DNA of 64,000 bases, taken from positions 17,360,001 through 17,424,000 of the forward strand of contig CATNEN010000001.1 in NCBI GenBank assembly GCA_950097015.1, given 5' to 3'. Shown here in pieces: positions 1 through 12,600 of this stretch. Origin of the DNA: Macrostomum hystrix (Eukaryota; Animalia; Platyhelminthes). Position 1 is the first letter of the stretch. Each line of letters begins with the position of its first letter. The position numbers were made by a program, and so were the translations under genes. The notes beneath the pieces were generated by a model. It was not told the DNA's origin. It worked only from the letters and a program-made list of their open reading frames with translations, and ran no database searches.

Positions 1-1005
1 AGCTGGGACAGGGAGGACGAGAATCCCTTCTACCACAGGTGTGTGGGGTCTGTTCGCTTAGTGGATTTCAAATTTAACACAAACTAAAACCTCACACGTG
101 CCTTCTAAATCGGGCCGGATGTGCAGCTGACAGCACAGCCGCTGCTTTTGCGCAGCGCATCTGATGGCTGCATACGACTGTTCAGTCCGTGGACTGGTGG
201 GCGCCACACCCACCCTGAATTACTCCAGCTAATGCTGGTGCCCATTTAACAGCTTGCGTGGAGTCAGAAATCGAACCCCCGAGCTTCAAGTCGTGAGTCC
301 GGCCCTCTAATCACTAGGCTGCAGCCCCTCTAACCTTCTAACATCCTCAGGGGCGTCACCATGCTCAAGCTTGTCCTGAGCATTCGCGATGTCGCCTTCG
401 CCTGCGAGGTGCTCTTCTACAGCCTGCTGGCTCTGGACCGCCTGCTGGCCATTGCGCATCCGCTGAGCACCGCCTGGTCAGCTCGACGCGTTGGTACAGG
501 GACAGCCGTTGCTGTTGTCTCATTGGCAATGATTGAATTCGGCCTGCAGGTCTGGCAGTTGACCGCGGTGGCTGCAGCTGACAGAGCCGGAGACGAGCTG
601 CTCGTGTGCGACCTCCTGGTGAGAGTGGCTGCCAACAGTCTGATGGCAAAGTCTGGCGGGATGGTGAGCCTGTACCTGCTCTCGCTGGCTGCCTACCTGG
701 CCACGGCCTGCCTGCTGCTCAAGCGCTGCTGGAAGACTCATCGGGCTACTCAAGCAGCTCAGACTCAGCAGGACAAGATGCAGCTGGGCAAGCCGATGGC
801 CGCTCTCGTTGCTGGCAACCTGCTGCACTTTGTCAGCATCTTGCCGCTGGCCATTCACAGCAGCGGCCTCGCCCGGGTCAACTGGATCGCATTCTACCTG
901 TTCTTCTGCAACTGCGCCGTGATTCCCTGCCTCGCCATCGCATTCAATGCGGCCATGCGACAGCAGCTCTGCAGAATGCTGACGGCTTCTCGATGCAAAC
1001 GGTGA
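1..1005 (+). CDS. Orphan rhodopsin-like (class A) 7TM receptor, copy 1 (5' part lies outside the window)
   Basis: Exons 1-38 and 351-1005 (intron GT 39..AG 350; junction CAC AG|G GGC GTC ACC ATG). TM3 LLALDRLLAIAHP is a DRY variant, followed by hydrophobic TM4-TM7 and a degenerate NPxxY (NCAVIPCL). Close paralog of 4953-6108, with the same intron position. Confidence 0.8.
110..328 (-). mobile_element. tRNA-derived SINE (family A), internally deleted, in the GPCR intron
   Basis: The reverse complement matches the SINE at 3948-4249 (head ...gactcacgacttgaag..cgggggttcgatt, body cagtcc.cggactgaacag). Confidence 0.75.
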
Positions 1006-1034
1006 AATTGTTTCTTGAGAACAAGCCTAGCGTT

Positions 1035-1406
1035 ATAATAATAATAATAATAATTGCAGGAGGGCTGCGGGCAGTGGCACATCGTTTAGTGACACTAGAC
1101 CCGCAGCCAGCGAGGAAGCAATTCTGCCCATTTCGCTGACTCCTGAGCACACACGCACACAGATACCGTACGCAGGCATACGCTCGCACAGGTGTGTACA
1201 TCTGCCCTGACTTTCTCATCGTCAGGCAGTGTACATTATTTCACTGTGCCTTGGAGGTTGGCCCTCAAAGGCGTAAATTGCACCACAAGCCCCCAAGCCT
1301 TCTCTCGGCGGCTGCGCCCCAAATAAATGAGGCCTCGCCGTGGAATCGAACTTAGGGACCGTGGTGCGAGAGGCAAACGCGATAACCGATCTGCCACCGA
1401 CCCCCC
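1035..1406 (-). mobile_element. tRNA-derived SINE (family B) with (ATT)n tail
   Basis: On the minus strand the head carries A-box TGGCAGATCGG and B-box GTTCGATTCC, and the 3' end is an (ATT)n tail (aataataat on +). Related copies lie at about 22365-22595, 52400-52660 and 53545-53790. Confidence 0.75.
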
Positions 1407-2650
1407 AAGCGAAACATAATTGAGATGCTTTGAATAAATTCTTACCTACTTAACACGTACTAATATTAATCAACCGACTATAACATATTCCTTTTGCAAT
1501 CGGAATAGACTCCTGTCTGTCTAGACCTCTGTCTCTCATTATCGAGACGAAATAAAAGTACGAAAAGCCTCTTTTGAATGCACAAAGCTTTGAATGAATA
1601 GCCAAGGTAATTTTAAAAGTGTTGCGTAGTAACTATATAACTTTATTGTTGTAGCTTATAATGGCTGATCATATTACAGTCTCATAACAAAGGAATTCAG
1701 CTAGCAGTTCTTTGTTCCTAGCAACTGATCTAACCACAAGCTGTAGATGAGGCTCTAACTTGCGTGGAAAATGCAGTCACACATCCGAACTGTTTTGTAG
1801 CTAGGTGTCACTGATCTAAGGTGTTAGAAAAGCCACGCTGGGAGACAATCATTCTCTAGCTTGGCCTTCCCTAATCCCAAACTAGCAGTTGCCTCAGCTC
1901 TCACTGAAATTCATCCCTTCACCAAAAAGCTATTGATTTTGCTCATTACTCACCTGCGGGAGACAAGCTTAGCCTCTGGTGCGGCCTGTTGCTAAGCAAC
2001 TATTGACTCCACCCGGTTACCAAGATGTTTTATCATATCTGAACTATCAGCTCAAAATTGCCTGACATCTAGAGTTAGAGTTCTGAGTAAGTGTCACCAA
2101 ATGATGTGCCAAATATCGTTATTATAGAATTCTGAAAACTAAAAAGGTTCTTACTTTGCTTAAACAAACCTCAATAGATATCTAAATTAAGCAGTAAATA
2201 CAATTGCTATGTGTAAATGCTAACATTTAGGGCGTTTAGCACGCCGCAAAAGATGGTCCCACACTCAGTTAATTATCGTCACATTATCTGTTTGCCTCTT
2301 CAGTCCACAACTGAAAAGTCCTGGAAGCAACTGAAAAAGTAACCCAAAAACGTTTAATCCGGAGCAAAGTTAGAAAACGATTAAGATCAAAGAGAACGAA
2401 CAATGTCAACGGAAAAATTGTTCTGAATGCACAGCTCTGCTCTTTACTACTGACGTTAGTAGTCTGTCTATAGCCAATAGGAAAAATGTAGCTAGTCTCA
2501 GAGCCTCCGTTGAAGCCAGTTTAAAGACAACGACACAGGAGACACAAGAAGTAGACAGCAAACTTGTGATTTTTTATTCAAGACATGCTTACTACATGGA
2601 TAGTTAACTATCTATTAGTTCAACAGAACAGTCGATATTTCAGGCTCTAT

Positions 2651-3560
2651 CATGAATGAGGGGAAATAGAAGGAAACAATGGACTCAAACTCCCCAAACA
2701 GATCACAATGGCCTAGACAAAACTGCAGCTGCAATACGACTGGAATCTGAGCTAGCCTGAACTGTTCTTCAACTTCTACTCGACGGTGGCAGTCGTTGAC
2801 ATCGTTGGAAACTTGGCCATCTTGGCAGTCATCAGACGTCACCCCGAAGTGATTCAGCGTCGAACCTACCGCTCTATTCGATGAAACAACTTCCAGAATC
2901 ACAAAACATTGACATTGTCGAGATATTCAACAATTCGCGTCGGGTTGTGTGGAGGCTGAAACCTCAAATATAGGCATATGTTTCTGCTCACAAAAATTCG
3001 TCATGTAATCACGTCGGCTAACTTTGTTGACTATTTTTTAGCGGCAAAATGGGCCGGGACAGATGTGGCTCGAGAATGAAGGGAGCAGTTTGGAATACAT
3101 TTATACCTCGCGGGTCAGAGAGTAACCAAAATAGGACAGCGGACCGTATTGAGAGATGCGGCCATTGAACAATCCCTGACCGATTTACAATGAAGGATAA
3201 AGATTGAATTTCAAATCAATCGCCGCCCTCAGGCATCACGATGCGCAAGCTTGTCGTCGGCATACACGACGTTGCCTTCGCCAGAGAGATGTTTTTCTAT
3301 GCCCTCTTGAGATTGTCCAACAAGCCTGGAACCACACTCCGCTGTTGTCAGCGGTCAAAAGCGTCGACCAACAATCTTGCGGTGAAGTCTTGCTTGACTT
3401 TTTGTTCCTACCTGATCTCGCTTGGCGCCTACCTGGCCACCACCTGCCTGCTGGTCAAGCTGCGCTGGAAGCGACACCGAGCTACACAAGCAGCTCATGC
3501 TCAGCAGGACAATGTGCAGCCGGGCAAGCCAATGGTCGCCCTGATTGTCGGCAACAGCTA
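2651..3560 (+). pseudogene. Decayed paralog of the orphan GPCR
   Basis: About 2728-2875 reads LQYDWNLS*PELFFNFYSTVAVVDIVGNLAILAVIRRHPEVIQRRTYR (exon-1 homolog with a stop, then truncated). 3241-3560 reads MRKLVVGIHDVAFARE...LKLRWKRHRATQAA...GKPMVALIVGN with an internal deletion and truncation. Confidence 0.8.
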
Positions 3561-3947
3561 TTTAAGATCGCACCTGAGAGAATTGTTGACCAGCCGCTCT
3601 GTAGCTCGTAGATTGACGAGACAAAATCCAATTATGGCGAATTCTTAGAATTAGTACTAATGAATTTGAACAATTTCACTCAGGACAAAATGTACTTTTC
3701 CGAACACTGGACAAATATCTGCTACTAAAAATGCAAATACTTGTATTTCAAGCTGCTACAACGCGGAAACGAAAGCATTTAACGCTGTTATATCTATCAA
3801 ATGCAAACATACGAGCTCGTAGCGCAGTTTACGAACAGCATTTTATTCGTAGCGAAATAAAAAACTATTATTATAGTTTGACGGCTTAAAGTCAACTAAC
3901 TATCTCGTGATTTCTATGCTGATTTACTCATTCCATTGTGTGGAAGA

Positions 3948-4249
3948 GGATGTAGCCTTGTGGTTAAAGAGTCAGACTCACGACTTGAAGGTCGGGGGTT
4001 CGATTCCCGACTCCACTGAAACAAATTGTGTCCTTTAGCATGTCACTTAACTCTGCATTGCTTCAGTTCACCCAGCTGTTAAATGGGTACCAGCATTAGC
4101 TGGGGTAATTGAAGGTGGGTGTGACGTCCCCCCAGTCCATGGACTGAACAGCCGTACGCAGCCTTCAGATGCGCCGCGCAATAACTGCGGCTCTGTTGTC
4201 GGCTGCACATCTGGCTCAATCGGGAATAATCTGTTGTTTAATATTATTT
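3948..4249 (+). mobile_element. Full-length tRNA-derived SINE (family A, CORE-like central domain) with 12-bp TSD
   Basis: A-box tagccttgtggtt and B-box ggttcgattcc. The central tgtgtcctttagcatgtcacttaactct...cagctgttaaatggg resembles the MIR/CORE-SINE core. Direct repeat TTGTGTGGAAGA at 3936-3947 and 4250-4261. Confidence 0.8.
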
Positions 4250-4952
4250 TTGTGTGGAAGAAGATGACAATGCGGATGATCGTGTGGTCAGGATAAAAGG
4301 ATTTCACACACGAGCGGTGCAAGATGGACGAAGTATTATCCATCAGCCATTGTCGCAGAAACAGTCGAACAGCTTTGACTTCGGATTTGACTCGCTTAGA
4401 CTCTTGTGCATCTGAAAATCTTTCTGTCTGTCAGTAACCCATTTTTACCATAGACAAAACACTATTTGCCATGGCGCGTCGAACTTCTCAATGATGGTTG
4501 GCGAACCTAAACGACCATAGTTGTCGAATTTCAATTGAACGAGTGTTAATCTATCTTGCATGCCTGCAACGGGGTGAGTGGTCTGAAGCCTTTGCCTCTC
4601 GCATGTACAGCTGTACACACCTGTGTGTGTGTCCACCTACATTATCTGTGATTAGTCAGCGAAATAGGTGAAATTTCCTCCTCGCTGGCTGCGGGTTTAA
4701 TGTCATGAAATGGTGCATTTATCCAGACTGTCTGTCTCATTCAAGTGTCTGTCATTCCTGTGTGTCTGTCTGCCCAACACACTTTGGGTTTTAAATCTTA
4801 AACTGCTCCGATTAAAAACCAATGGAACCAATCAGAATAGTTTTGGCCAAAAGCCTTCCCTTAAACTTATTTTAAAATTCTGAGCGAATTGTCTGCTAAG
4901 CCAGACAAGAAGTGCGATGCATAACGGTGATTACAGGTATCAAGTAACAATC

Positions 4953-6108
4953 ATGACCTCATGGAAAACCAACGACAGCTTGAACTCAAGCTTCTGGGAC
5001 AACTCCAGCCGATCGTCAGGATCAACCTGCCCGGACCTTCAACAGCACTGGGACTGGACCCTCAGCCAGCCAGCCGTGTTCTTCGTATTCTACGGCTCTG
5101 TGGCAGCAATCGCCATCGTTGGAAACTCGGCCATCCTCGCCGTCACGCGCCGTCGTCCAGAAGTGATTCAACGCCGGACCTACCGTCTGCTGACGCAGGT
5201 TCTGTCCGCATGCGAGCTGGTGCTGGCCTGCGACCTGATCGCGCTGCTGTTCCGCATGGGGATCGGCTTCTGGAACAGGACGGCCTGCGAACTCCACAGC
5301 GGGGACATGCTCGTCAGCGAGGCCTGGAACAGCGAGGATGAGAATCCCTTCTACCACAGGTTCGGAGCTCCGTTGATTGCACAGCAGCTGTCACTGGACA
5401 ATAAGATTCTCCCCCCCAACGCCTTCCAGAGGTGTCACCATGCGAAAGCTTGTCCTCAGCGTCCGCGATGTCTTCATCGGCTGCGAGGTGTTCGTCTACG
5501 GCCTGCTGGCTCTGGACCGCGTGCTGGCCATCGCACATCCACTCAGCTCCGCCTGGTCGCCTCGTCTTGTTGGCTCAGTCGTTGGCGTTGTCTTCATCAC
5601 CATGGCAACAGTTGAGGTCATCCTGCAGGTCTGGCAGTTGACCGCGGTGGCTGCAGCTGACAGAGCCGGAGACGAGCTGCTCGTGTGCGACCTCCTGGTG
5701 AGAGTGGCGGCCAACAGTCTGATGGCGAAGTCCGGTGTCATGGTGAGCTTCTACCTGCTGTCGCTCGGTGCCTACCTGACCACCGCCTGCCTGCTGCTCA
5801 AGCTGCGCTGGAAGCGGCATCGCTCAGTTGTTGTACAGGTTGTCCAGTCGCAATTGCAGAAAAGACAGCAGCAGCAGCAGCAGCTGGGCAAGCCGATGGC
5901 AACCCTGATTGTGGGCAACCTGCTGCACTTTGTCAGCATCTTGCCGCTGGCCATTCACAGCAGCGGCCTCGCCCGGGTCGACTGGATCGCTTTCTATCTG
6001 TTCTTCTGCAACTGCGCCGTGATTCCCTGCCTTTCCATCGCATTCAATGCGGCCATGCGACAGCAGCTCTGGAGAATGCTGACGGCTGTGTCGCGCCGTT
6101 GTGATTGA
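4953..6108 (+). CDS. Orphan rhodopsin-like (class A) 7TM receptor, complete copy (about 361 aa)
   Basis: Exons 4953-5359 and 5430-6108 (70-bp GT-AG intron, frame preserved). N-terminal N-glycosylation sites (NDS, NSS, NSS), TM1 GN, TM3 LALDRVLAIAHP, seven hydrophobic segments, and AATAAA at 6237. Confidence 0.85.
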
Positions 6109-6619
6109 AAATTATTTTCTTATATTATTCACACCTCAAACCATCTACTCAATGTTAGCTGTGTAATCTCGCGGACTTATTCTCACAAAGCATTCTGGAA
6201 TGTCAACATTTTATTAAATGGAAAAATGCCACAGACAATAAACTTTGTTCAATGGGATTTTTGGTTGCAAATTTCTTATCTTGAACCATGGACTTCTATA
6301 GCTAGCACCTGGATGCACGTCTGTAACAAGACCGCAAATTGTGTTTGAAAATTGTGTTAGTCGCCATCCAAACAGTTTTTCAGTATTTGCACACGGCTTG
6401 ATTGACAGCCGTTTTTAGCATTCAATTTTCCTAGATATCAGTGGGCCGGCGGCGCAAGTCGCAGATGAGTTTTTGCCGGCACCTGAGCCAATGCAGTGTT
6501 TGCTGAGGCTGTTGTTAGTCTATGCTTGATCGGCAAGACTATGTAGACTGCAATTCTAACAAAAACTATTTGCTTTCTTTATCGGCCTTAAAAAAATGTG
6601 AATGTTATCAATAAGTTAA

Positions 6620-7095
6620 ATTCACTTGTCAGACAAATGAGATTCACCTGCCAGATACATATGAGATTCACCTGTCAGACAAATGAGATTCACCTGCCAG
6701 ATAAATATGAGATTCACCTGTCAGACAAATGACATTCACCAGTCAGACATTTGAGATTCACCTGTCAGACATTTGAGATTCACCTGTCAGACATTTGAGA
6801 TTCACCTGTCAGACAAATGAGATTCACCTGTCAGATGTATACAGAAGCATATGATGTTCACCTGTCAGATATTTGAGATTCACCTGTCAGATGTATACAG
6901 AAGCATATGATGTTCACCTGTCAGATATTTGAGATTCACCTGTCAGATGTATACAGAAGCATATGATGTTCACGTGTCAGACATTTGAGATTCACCTGTC
7001 AGATGTATACAGAAGCATATGATGTTCACCTGTCAGATATTTGAGATTCAACTGTCAGATGTATTCAGAAGTATATGGTATTCACCTGTCAGAAA
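6620..7095. repeat. Minisatellite, about 20-22 bp (gagattcacctgtcagacattt) with an approximately 50-bp higher-order unit
   Basis: Tandem copies are directly visible. Confidence 0.9.
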
Positions 7096-8718
7096 TATGT
7101 TGCAGGAAAAGTATTATAAATAAAAAATGTAAGTCAGCATGAAAAATTGGAACAGTACTGATTCTCGAGCTCACGGCTTAGACAAGATGAGTTCAGTACG
7201 CCCGTACTTGCACTTATTTAATGTTCCTTGCACTTCACATCGGTAAAAGACAGACACAATTAGAATCATTTGATAATTGGCTCCAGCAAGTACCCTGCCG
7301 TGAGAGCCATTCCAGGTGTTTTTAGTTTAATGTGAATTAATGTGACCGAGAGACACCAGCGCGGTGTGAGATCGGTGGTATTGAACAATAACTATGCTAA
7401 CAATAGCTGAATGATTGCTTTTGCCAATCCCATCTAACCCAGACATTCAGTTTGATGACTGAATCACGGAAAGAATGTGGAATCAGGAGAAAGAAATAGC
7501 TAAGAATTTACTGAATGTGGAATTAGTGACGAATTGAGACATCAGGCAATTCAGTGAATTGGGAACGCAGTGAATGAGGATTATACTCACCAGAATTCTA
7601 TTCCATCTTATAAAAGGACAACATAAGCTCTTGATATAATTCTGGTACCCATTTCATAGCTCAGTGAACAAAAGCATTCGTGAATTAAGTGTCCTGCTAG
7701 CGCTAATGAAGAACGAGGAGTAATGGGGGTATCGACCAACCCACTTGGATAAATCTCGGCACTTTCAGTGTTTTGTAATCCTTTGCTTTGAGATTGGGGA
7801 ATAAGATATTAGGTCTTTATAGTGTTAAACATGAGTATTGTATGTAAACGTAAAGTATTATATGAAACGTGATATAATTAACTTATAGGTCTAAAAATAA
7901 AATATAATGTGTTTATGTCCTCGCTAGAATGCGCGATCATGTTTCAGATTAAAATTCGTTTCGTGTCTTATTGTAGCCAAAAGTTTTTAAAAATCTTTAT
8001 TATGTACAGTTTTTTGTCTGCTTATATAGTTACTCAAATTTCGTTGAGAAACAATCACAACAAATTGTTTTAGTTAGTGCTAGTTTTATTGACTCCTTTT
8101 CGAATGTCCTGGTAACGTGTTCTGGGTTGCTGAACAACGAAGCGTTTATCATGTGCCGATTTTAAAAAAGGCTAGTGTAGTTGTAAAATTTGTGTTCTAA
8201 AGGCGGTGCACTGTTTCTCAATTACTTTCCGATGGGTAATTTTTCACGTCTTTATAATTTCAATGCTTTTTGTAGTTTGGTATCTTGGACCTAATAAGCA
8301 TTATAATAGCAATAAAATTCGTGAAAATGTAAGAGGAATTGTATATAAATTGTAAATTATATATACTTTTTACTGGTTGTTTTAGTAAAGATAAAATGAG
8401 TTCAAAAAGTCTAATAGTGTGTTGTTCTTTATGCAAGTTTCAGATTCTTCGTGTTTAAGATAGAATCCTAAAAAGTGTTTCACCATATTAGTATTTGTAA
8501 AAGTTTATGTAGTTATAATAGATAATAGAATAATTGTTGAATGCAATATTTTGCATTATATATGTTATTATCTCTATGTACAATTAAATATTTGATTATG
8601 CATCATTAGCGATGCATAATCATATAATAAGCAATCCTTTAAGTGCATGCATCTATGTTCATTTCATACTTAAGTGGTTCGATTTTTTCATTGCTGAATA
8701 TTATAAGGGGTGCTAGTT

Positions 8719-10390
8719 GGGATAGTGATCGTTTGGGCACTACTTTCTACAACACCATCTAAATTGCCTAAAGCAGCAGTTAGCTTAAAGAAAAACTACC
8801 AATGGTCTAGATGAGTGTTGACTTTTTTCTCTAGCACTTTTATTTGCTGAGTTATGGCCCCTCGAGTGTTGATATCCACGGAAATAAATTGCGATTTTCA
8901 CCAGCTGCTGAAAGATAAAAGTTTAAAGCCACTAGGATTGGAGGGTCAGGGGTCAAACGGGGACACAACCGTTGTTAAAAAATCTCAAGCAAAAAAAGAA
9001 TCAAATGTCATCGCAATCCTCCTCCTTCATTCCCTCAATGTACTCGCCCTTGAGGGCGATCACCTTTGCCCACTTCTTCGGGAGCTCGTTGATGGCCTGC
9101 CAATAGACGGAGCGGAATTCCTGCGAGCAAAGCACGCGCATCGCCTCGGCCTCCACTTGCGCGCGGTCGCTGCCAAGCACTCGACCCCGCATGAGCTGCT
9201 TGAATGCGCCGAATACTCTGTAGTCGCAGGGCGACATGTCTGGCGAGTAAGGTGCGTGGTCCAGCAATTCGAGCCCGATCTCCTTGAGCTTTGCGACGGT
9301 TGCCATGGCGGTATGTGGGCGAGCGTTGTCATGGAGAAGCGCACGACCGCTTCGCCACGTGCCGCGTCGATTCGCAATAACAGCCACCTTGAGGCGCTCA
9401 AGCTGTTCCTGGTAGTGCACTGAGTCTGGCAGAAAGTCGACCAGCAGGGGACCTTGGCCATCGAAGAAGAGAGAGATCATGATCTTCTTTGTCCACGTCT
9501 GCCGAGGCTTTGTTAGCGAGTTTGAGCCTCGCACACACAACTCAGCGTCTTTCTGCTTGCCAGCCGACTCAAAAAGGGCAGCCACGTCTCGTTGCACGTT
9601 ATGATCTTGTCAAGGAAAGGCTGACCCTCGAGAGTGTAGGCAGCTTGCAGCGCGTGCGCAACCTCGACCGTCGACTCTTCTGCTCTGGTGTGAGGATGCG
9701 GGGAATCCATCGACAGGAGAGGCGGGACAGCCCAAGATCGGTCTTGAGAATCTCGTGCACAAATGGATTTGAAAGGCCAACAGTAGCAGAAAGCCTGCAA
9801 AGTGAGCTCTTAGGCGCAGATTTTACAGCAGCTTCAACAGCGAGAACGCTTTGCAGACGGGCGCGGACCTGCGCCGGCGTGGAGCCAGATGGGCCAGGCG
9901 CGATGTCGTCAAGGGAGGTACGGCCCTCTTTGAACTCGCGAACCCACCGTCGGACAGTCGGTTCGCTTGGCACGGCCTCTCCATATGTCGCAACAAGCTC
10001 TGCGTGCATCTCAGCCGCATTTGTGCGTCCGCTGTCGATCCAGAAGCGAATGACACCACGCATTGCTGGTTTGAGGTCTTGCTTTGAAGCTGATGCCATC
10101 TTGTGTTTTTAGCAATATTTAGCCTGCTGAACGGTTAACTTGTGCCAACTGTTAAAATGATTTGCTTAAAGACTGATTAAGCAGAGGGATTGCAGGATTG
10201 ACTGAGATTTGATGCTGCAATTTGCGGCCTTAGACTGCGGCCTGTCTTCCGCAGCTAGTGAAATCGCAATTTATGCCCATAGAGATCACCGCGTGACGGG
10301 CCATAACTCAGCTAATAAAAGTGAGCTAACTGCTGCTTTAGGCAATTTAGAGGGTCTTGTAGAAAGTAGTGCCCAAACGATCACTATCCC
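8719..10390 (-). mobile_element. Tc1/mariner DD34D element, defective, with long imperfect TIRs
   Basis: TIR gggatagtgatcgtttgggcactactttctacaa... at 8719 and its inverse ending at 10390. The internal transposase is on the minus strand. The exact termini and TA TSD are ambiguous by a few bases. Confidence 0.92.
9001..10099 (-). pseudogene. Mariner transposase pseudogene (two frameshifts, first catalytic D changed to N)
   Basis: HTH TVRRWVREFKEG, WIPRIL (WVPHEL equivalent), IITCNETW (normally IxTxDExW), HDNARPH and YSPDMSPCDY with 34 residues between D2 and D3. The coding sequence is spread over three frames (ORFs 9599-10099, 9513-9800, 9001-9597). Confidence 0.9.
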
Positions 10391-12354
10391 ATAGCACATA
10401 GCCTTGAAGTCTTTAGGGGCTTGAGTTTGTTCGCAATTTTTGTCCAAAAAGCTCCATATCCATAACTTCCAGTAGCCATATCCATAGCTACAGCGGAACT
10501 CTAGTAAAGTTTACAGCTGAATTTTGTTTTATCCAACAAGCCCAGTAAGAGTTTGCTCTTAAAGTGAACTTGCAACATAACAATTCTGTACATCGGCCCC
10601 AAGACTCTCAGACAATGGCTAGTCTAAGTGTCATCTTTTGTTCAAGCATAGACATAGAATTCAACATAGCATCAATGGTTCTAGAATGTATGCCTTGTGG
10701 ACATTTACGTGGAGAAGTCATTAAAAGTCAATCTCGCCATAATGCTTATTCCATCAACTTTTAAAATGCTCCCACTTGTAGCTTATAATTTATACATGAG
10801 CCAGTTAGTAGCTTTATAGTATACTGTACGGTGAACAAGAAAGCTCATTCGATGATCACAGCATAAACTCCTATTTTAATGAAGGGCCGGGCTATTTTTT
10901 GTGGCATCGAGACCGAAAGAAAGTCAGAGAGAATAAAGTAGGAGACAAACCAATTTCTTTTCCAGCACTGTGTATACTAGAGCCTTTGCTTACCCAGCTA
11001 TTGAACAGAGAAGATAAACACACACCATACTGCGCTTATCATTTCACCCTTTGTTGCTTTGGTAACTAGCAGCAATGTACAATTAACCTATCCACTGCAT
11101 GTTGGTCCTCTGGTCCTAGCCAGAAAGTTGCCAAGCCAGAAACCCGCTTTTCTGGCTTGTGTTAGCCTCATCGACTGCGTGGCTACCTAGAATCAGGTAC
11201 GAACTGTTTCAGATTTTATCTCCGCACACCATTCAGTCATGACAATAAACATTTTTTCTTTTCGAATCACACAAGCATTGCATTCAACCAAGAACCAAGC
11301 ATCTGGAAGCCTCCCTGCCCCCTGTACCACATGGGGGCATTCGTTTCCCTCATTCCGTTAGCTTAGGTCCTATGCATTAAAGGTAGTCTGTTCAAAATAA
11401 CTCACCAAAATAGAAGAGGAAACAGATGCATAAATGAAAAACTTGGCAAAACGCAGCATATTAAATAGCAGAACGATGGTAGCACTCGTAGATTAGTTGC
11501 TGCTGGCAGCAGACTGGCTGGAAAGTTTGGCAATATTTCGCTTTTCTTAAAATTTCTTAAAGTAAAAAGAGAATGATGTAGAAGTAGACTAACAAGGTAC
11601 TAAGCAATATCAAGCTTTAAGTGTTTAGGTAATGCTTATTTTAATTTAAGCGTTTCAGATGTCACATTGGATATTGGTGACTGCAGCTTGCTCAAAATGT
11701 CATCGTGGGCCTGTATCCACACAAAAAAATCCTTCAGTTTTTCAACAAAAAAATTGACTTTAGTCAATGCACATTGAATCCACATTGATCCTCTTTGCTG
11801 ACAAACCATGGCTATGAACTAAACACGCGGGAAATTCGTTTGTTTAAAAAGGATTTAAAGGCCCGCAGTCGTATGTAACTCATGTTTAGTCAGGCAGTAA
11901 TTTAGGTGCAATTATGAGTGTTCTTGGCTTTTCTATAAGTTCTGCCCACTGCCAGTCCTGTCAAGGCTTGCACAGAAAGTTCTACTCTAATTTTAGAGTT
12001 AGTGCCAGTGGTATAATGCTAACAGTAGTAGCTATAGTGTTTTAGTAGCAAAGTGAAATTAATGTTTTTTATGATTGACCTAGCTATTGTGTAAATTTTT
12101 TGTGATATTTGTAAATTTTAGGCTGTAATTTTGACATAAAATATAAACACGGCTAGCTACGTAGGATAGTTTGTTATTGCGCGTATGCAAGTTGTTAAGA
12201 CAGACAACTTAAAGGTAGTTTATTGAAGGTAGGTAGAGATACATTGAATGTGGGAATCTCCAACTCCAGAATCAGATGCTGAGATAAAAATTACTTGTTT
12301 TAAAGCAAAAGAAAATCTTGGTTAACTCCCTGTTTTGTCTGTGGAATAAAAAGG

Positions 12355-12600
12355 CAGAATGTGTTTCCCAATCCGCCATTAACCTCCCAGACTTAGCACC
12401 TTGTGATTTCTGTCTCTTCCCGCTGCTGTCGGAGCATTTATCAGGCCAGAATTTCTAACAAATCTAGGTGCTGTCCAGGGCAACAATTAAGAGAGCTGGA
12501 CACAATGCCAAAAGTGGACTTCACTGACGCCTTTCACGAGTGGCTGCACAGGCTGCACTAGTGTTTCGAAAAGTAGGGATAATACATTAGGATTCAGAAC
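12355..12600 (+). mobile_element. Old mariner transposase 3' relic
   Basis: Translates as ...PDLAPCDFCLFPLLSEHLSGQNF...DAFHEWLHRLH*CFEK*G*YI, the mariner YSPDLAPxDF and C-terminal signature with stops. Confidence 0.7.

Noticed and set aside
3948-4020. Possible tRNA gene (also about 1335-1406 and 52402-52480)
   Set aside because: The A/B boxes belong to SINE heads: they continue into shared SINE bodies with tails or TSDs and show no clean cloverleaf.
8854-10112. Plus-strand ORFs 8854-9423 and 9489-10112
   Set aside because: Antisense shadows of the GC-rich mariner transposase.
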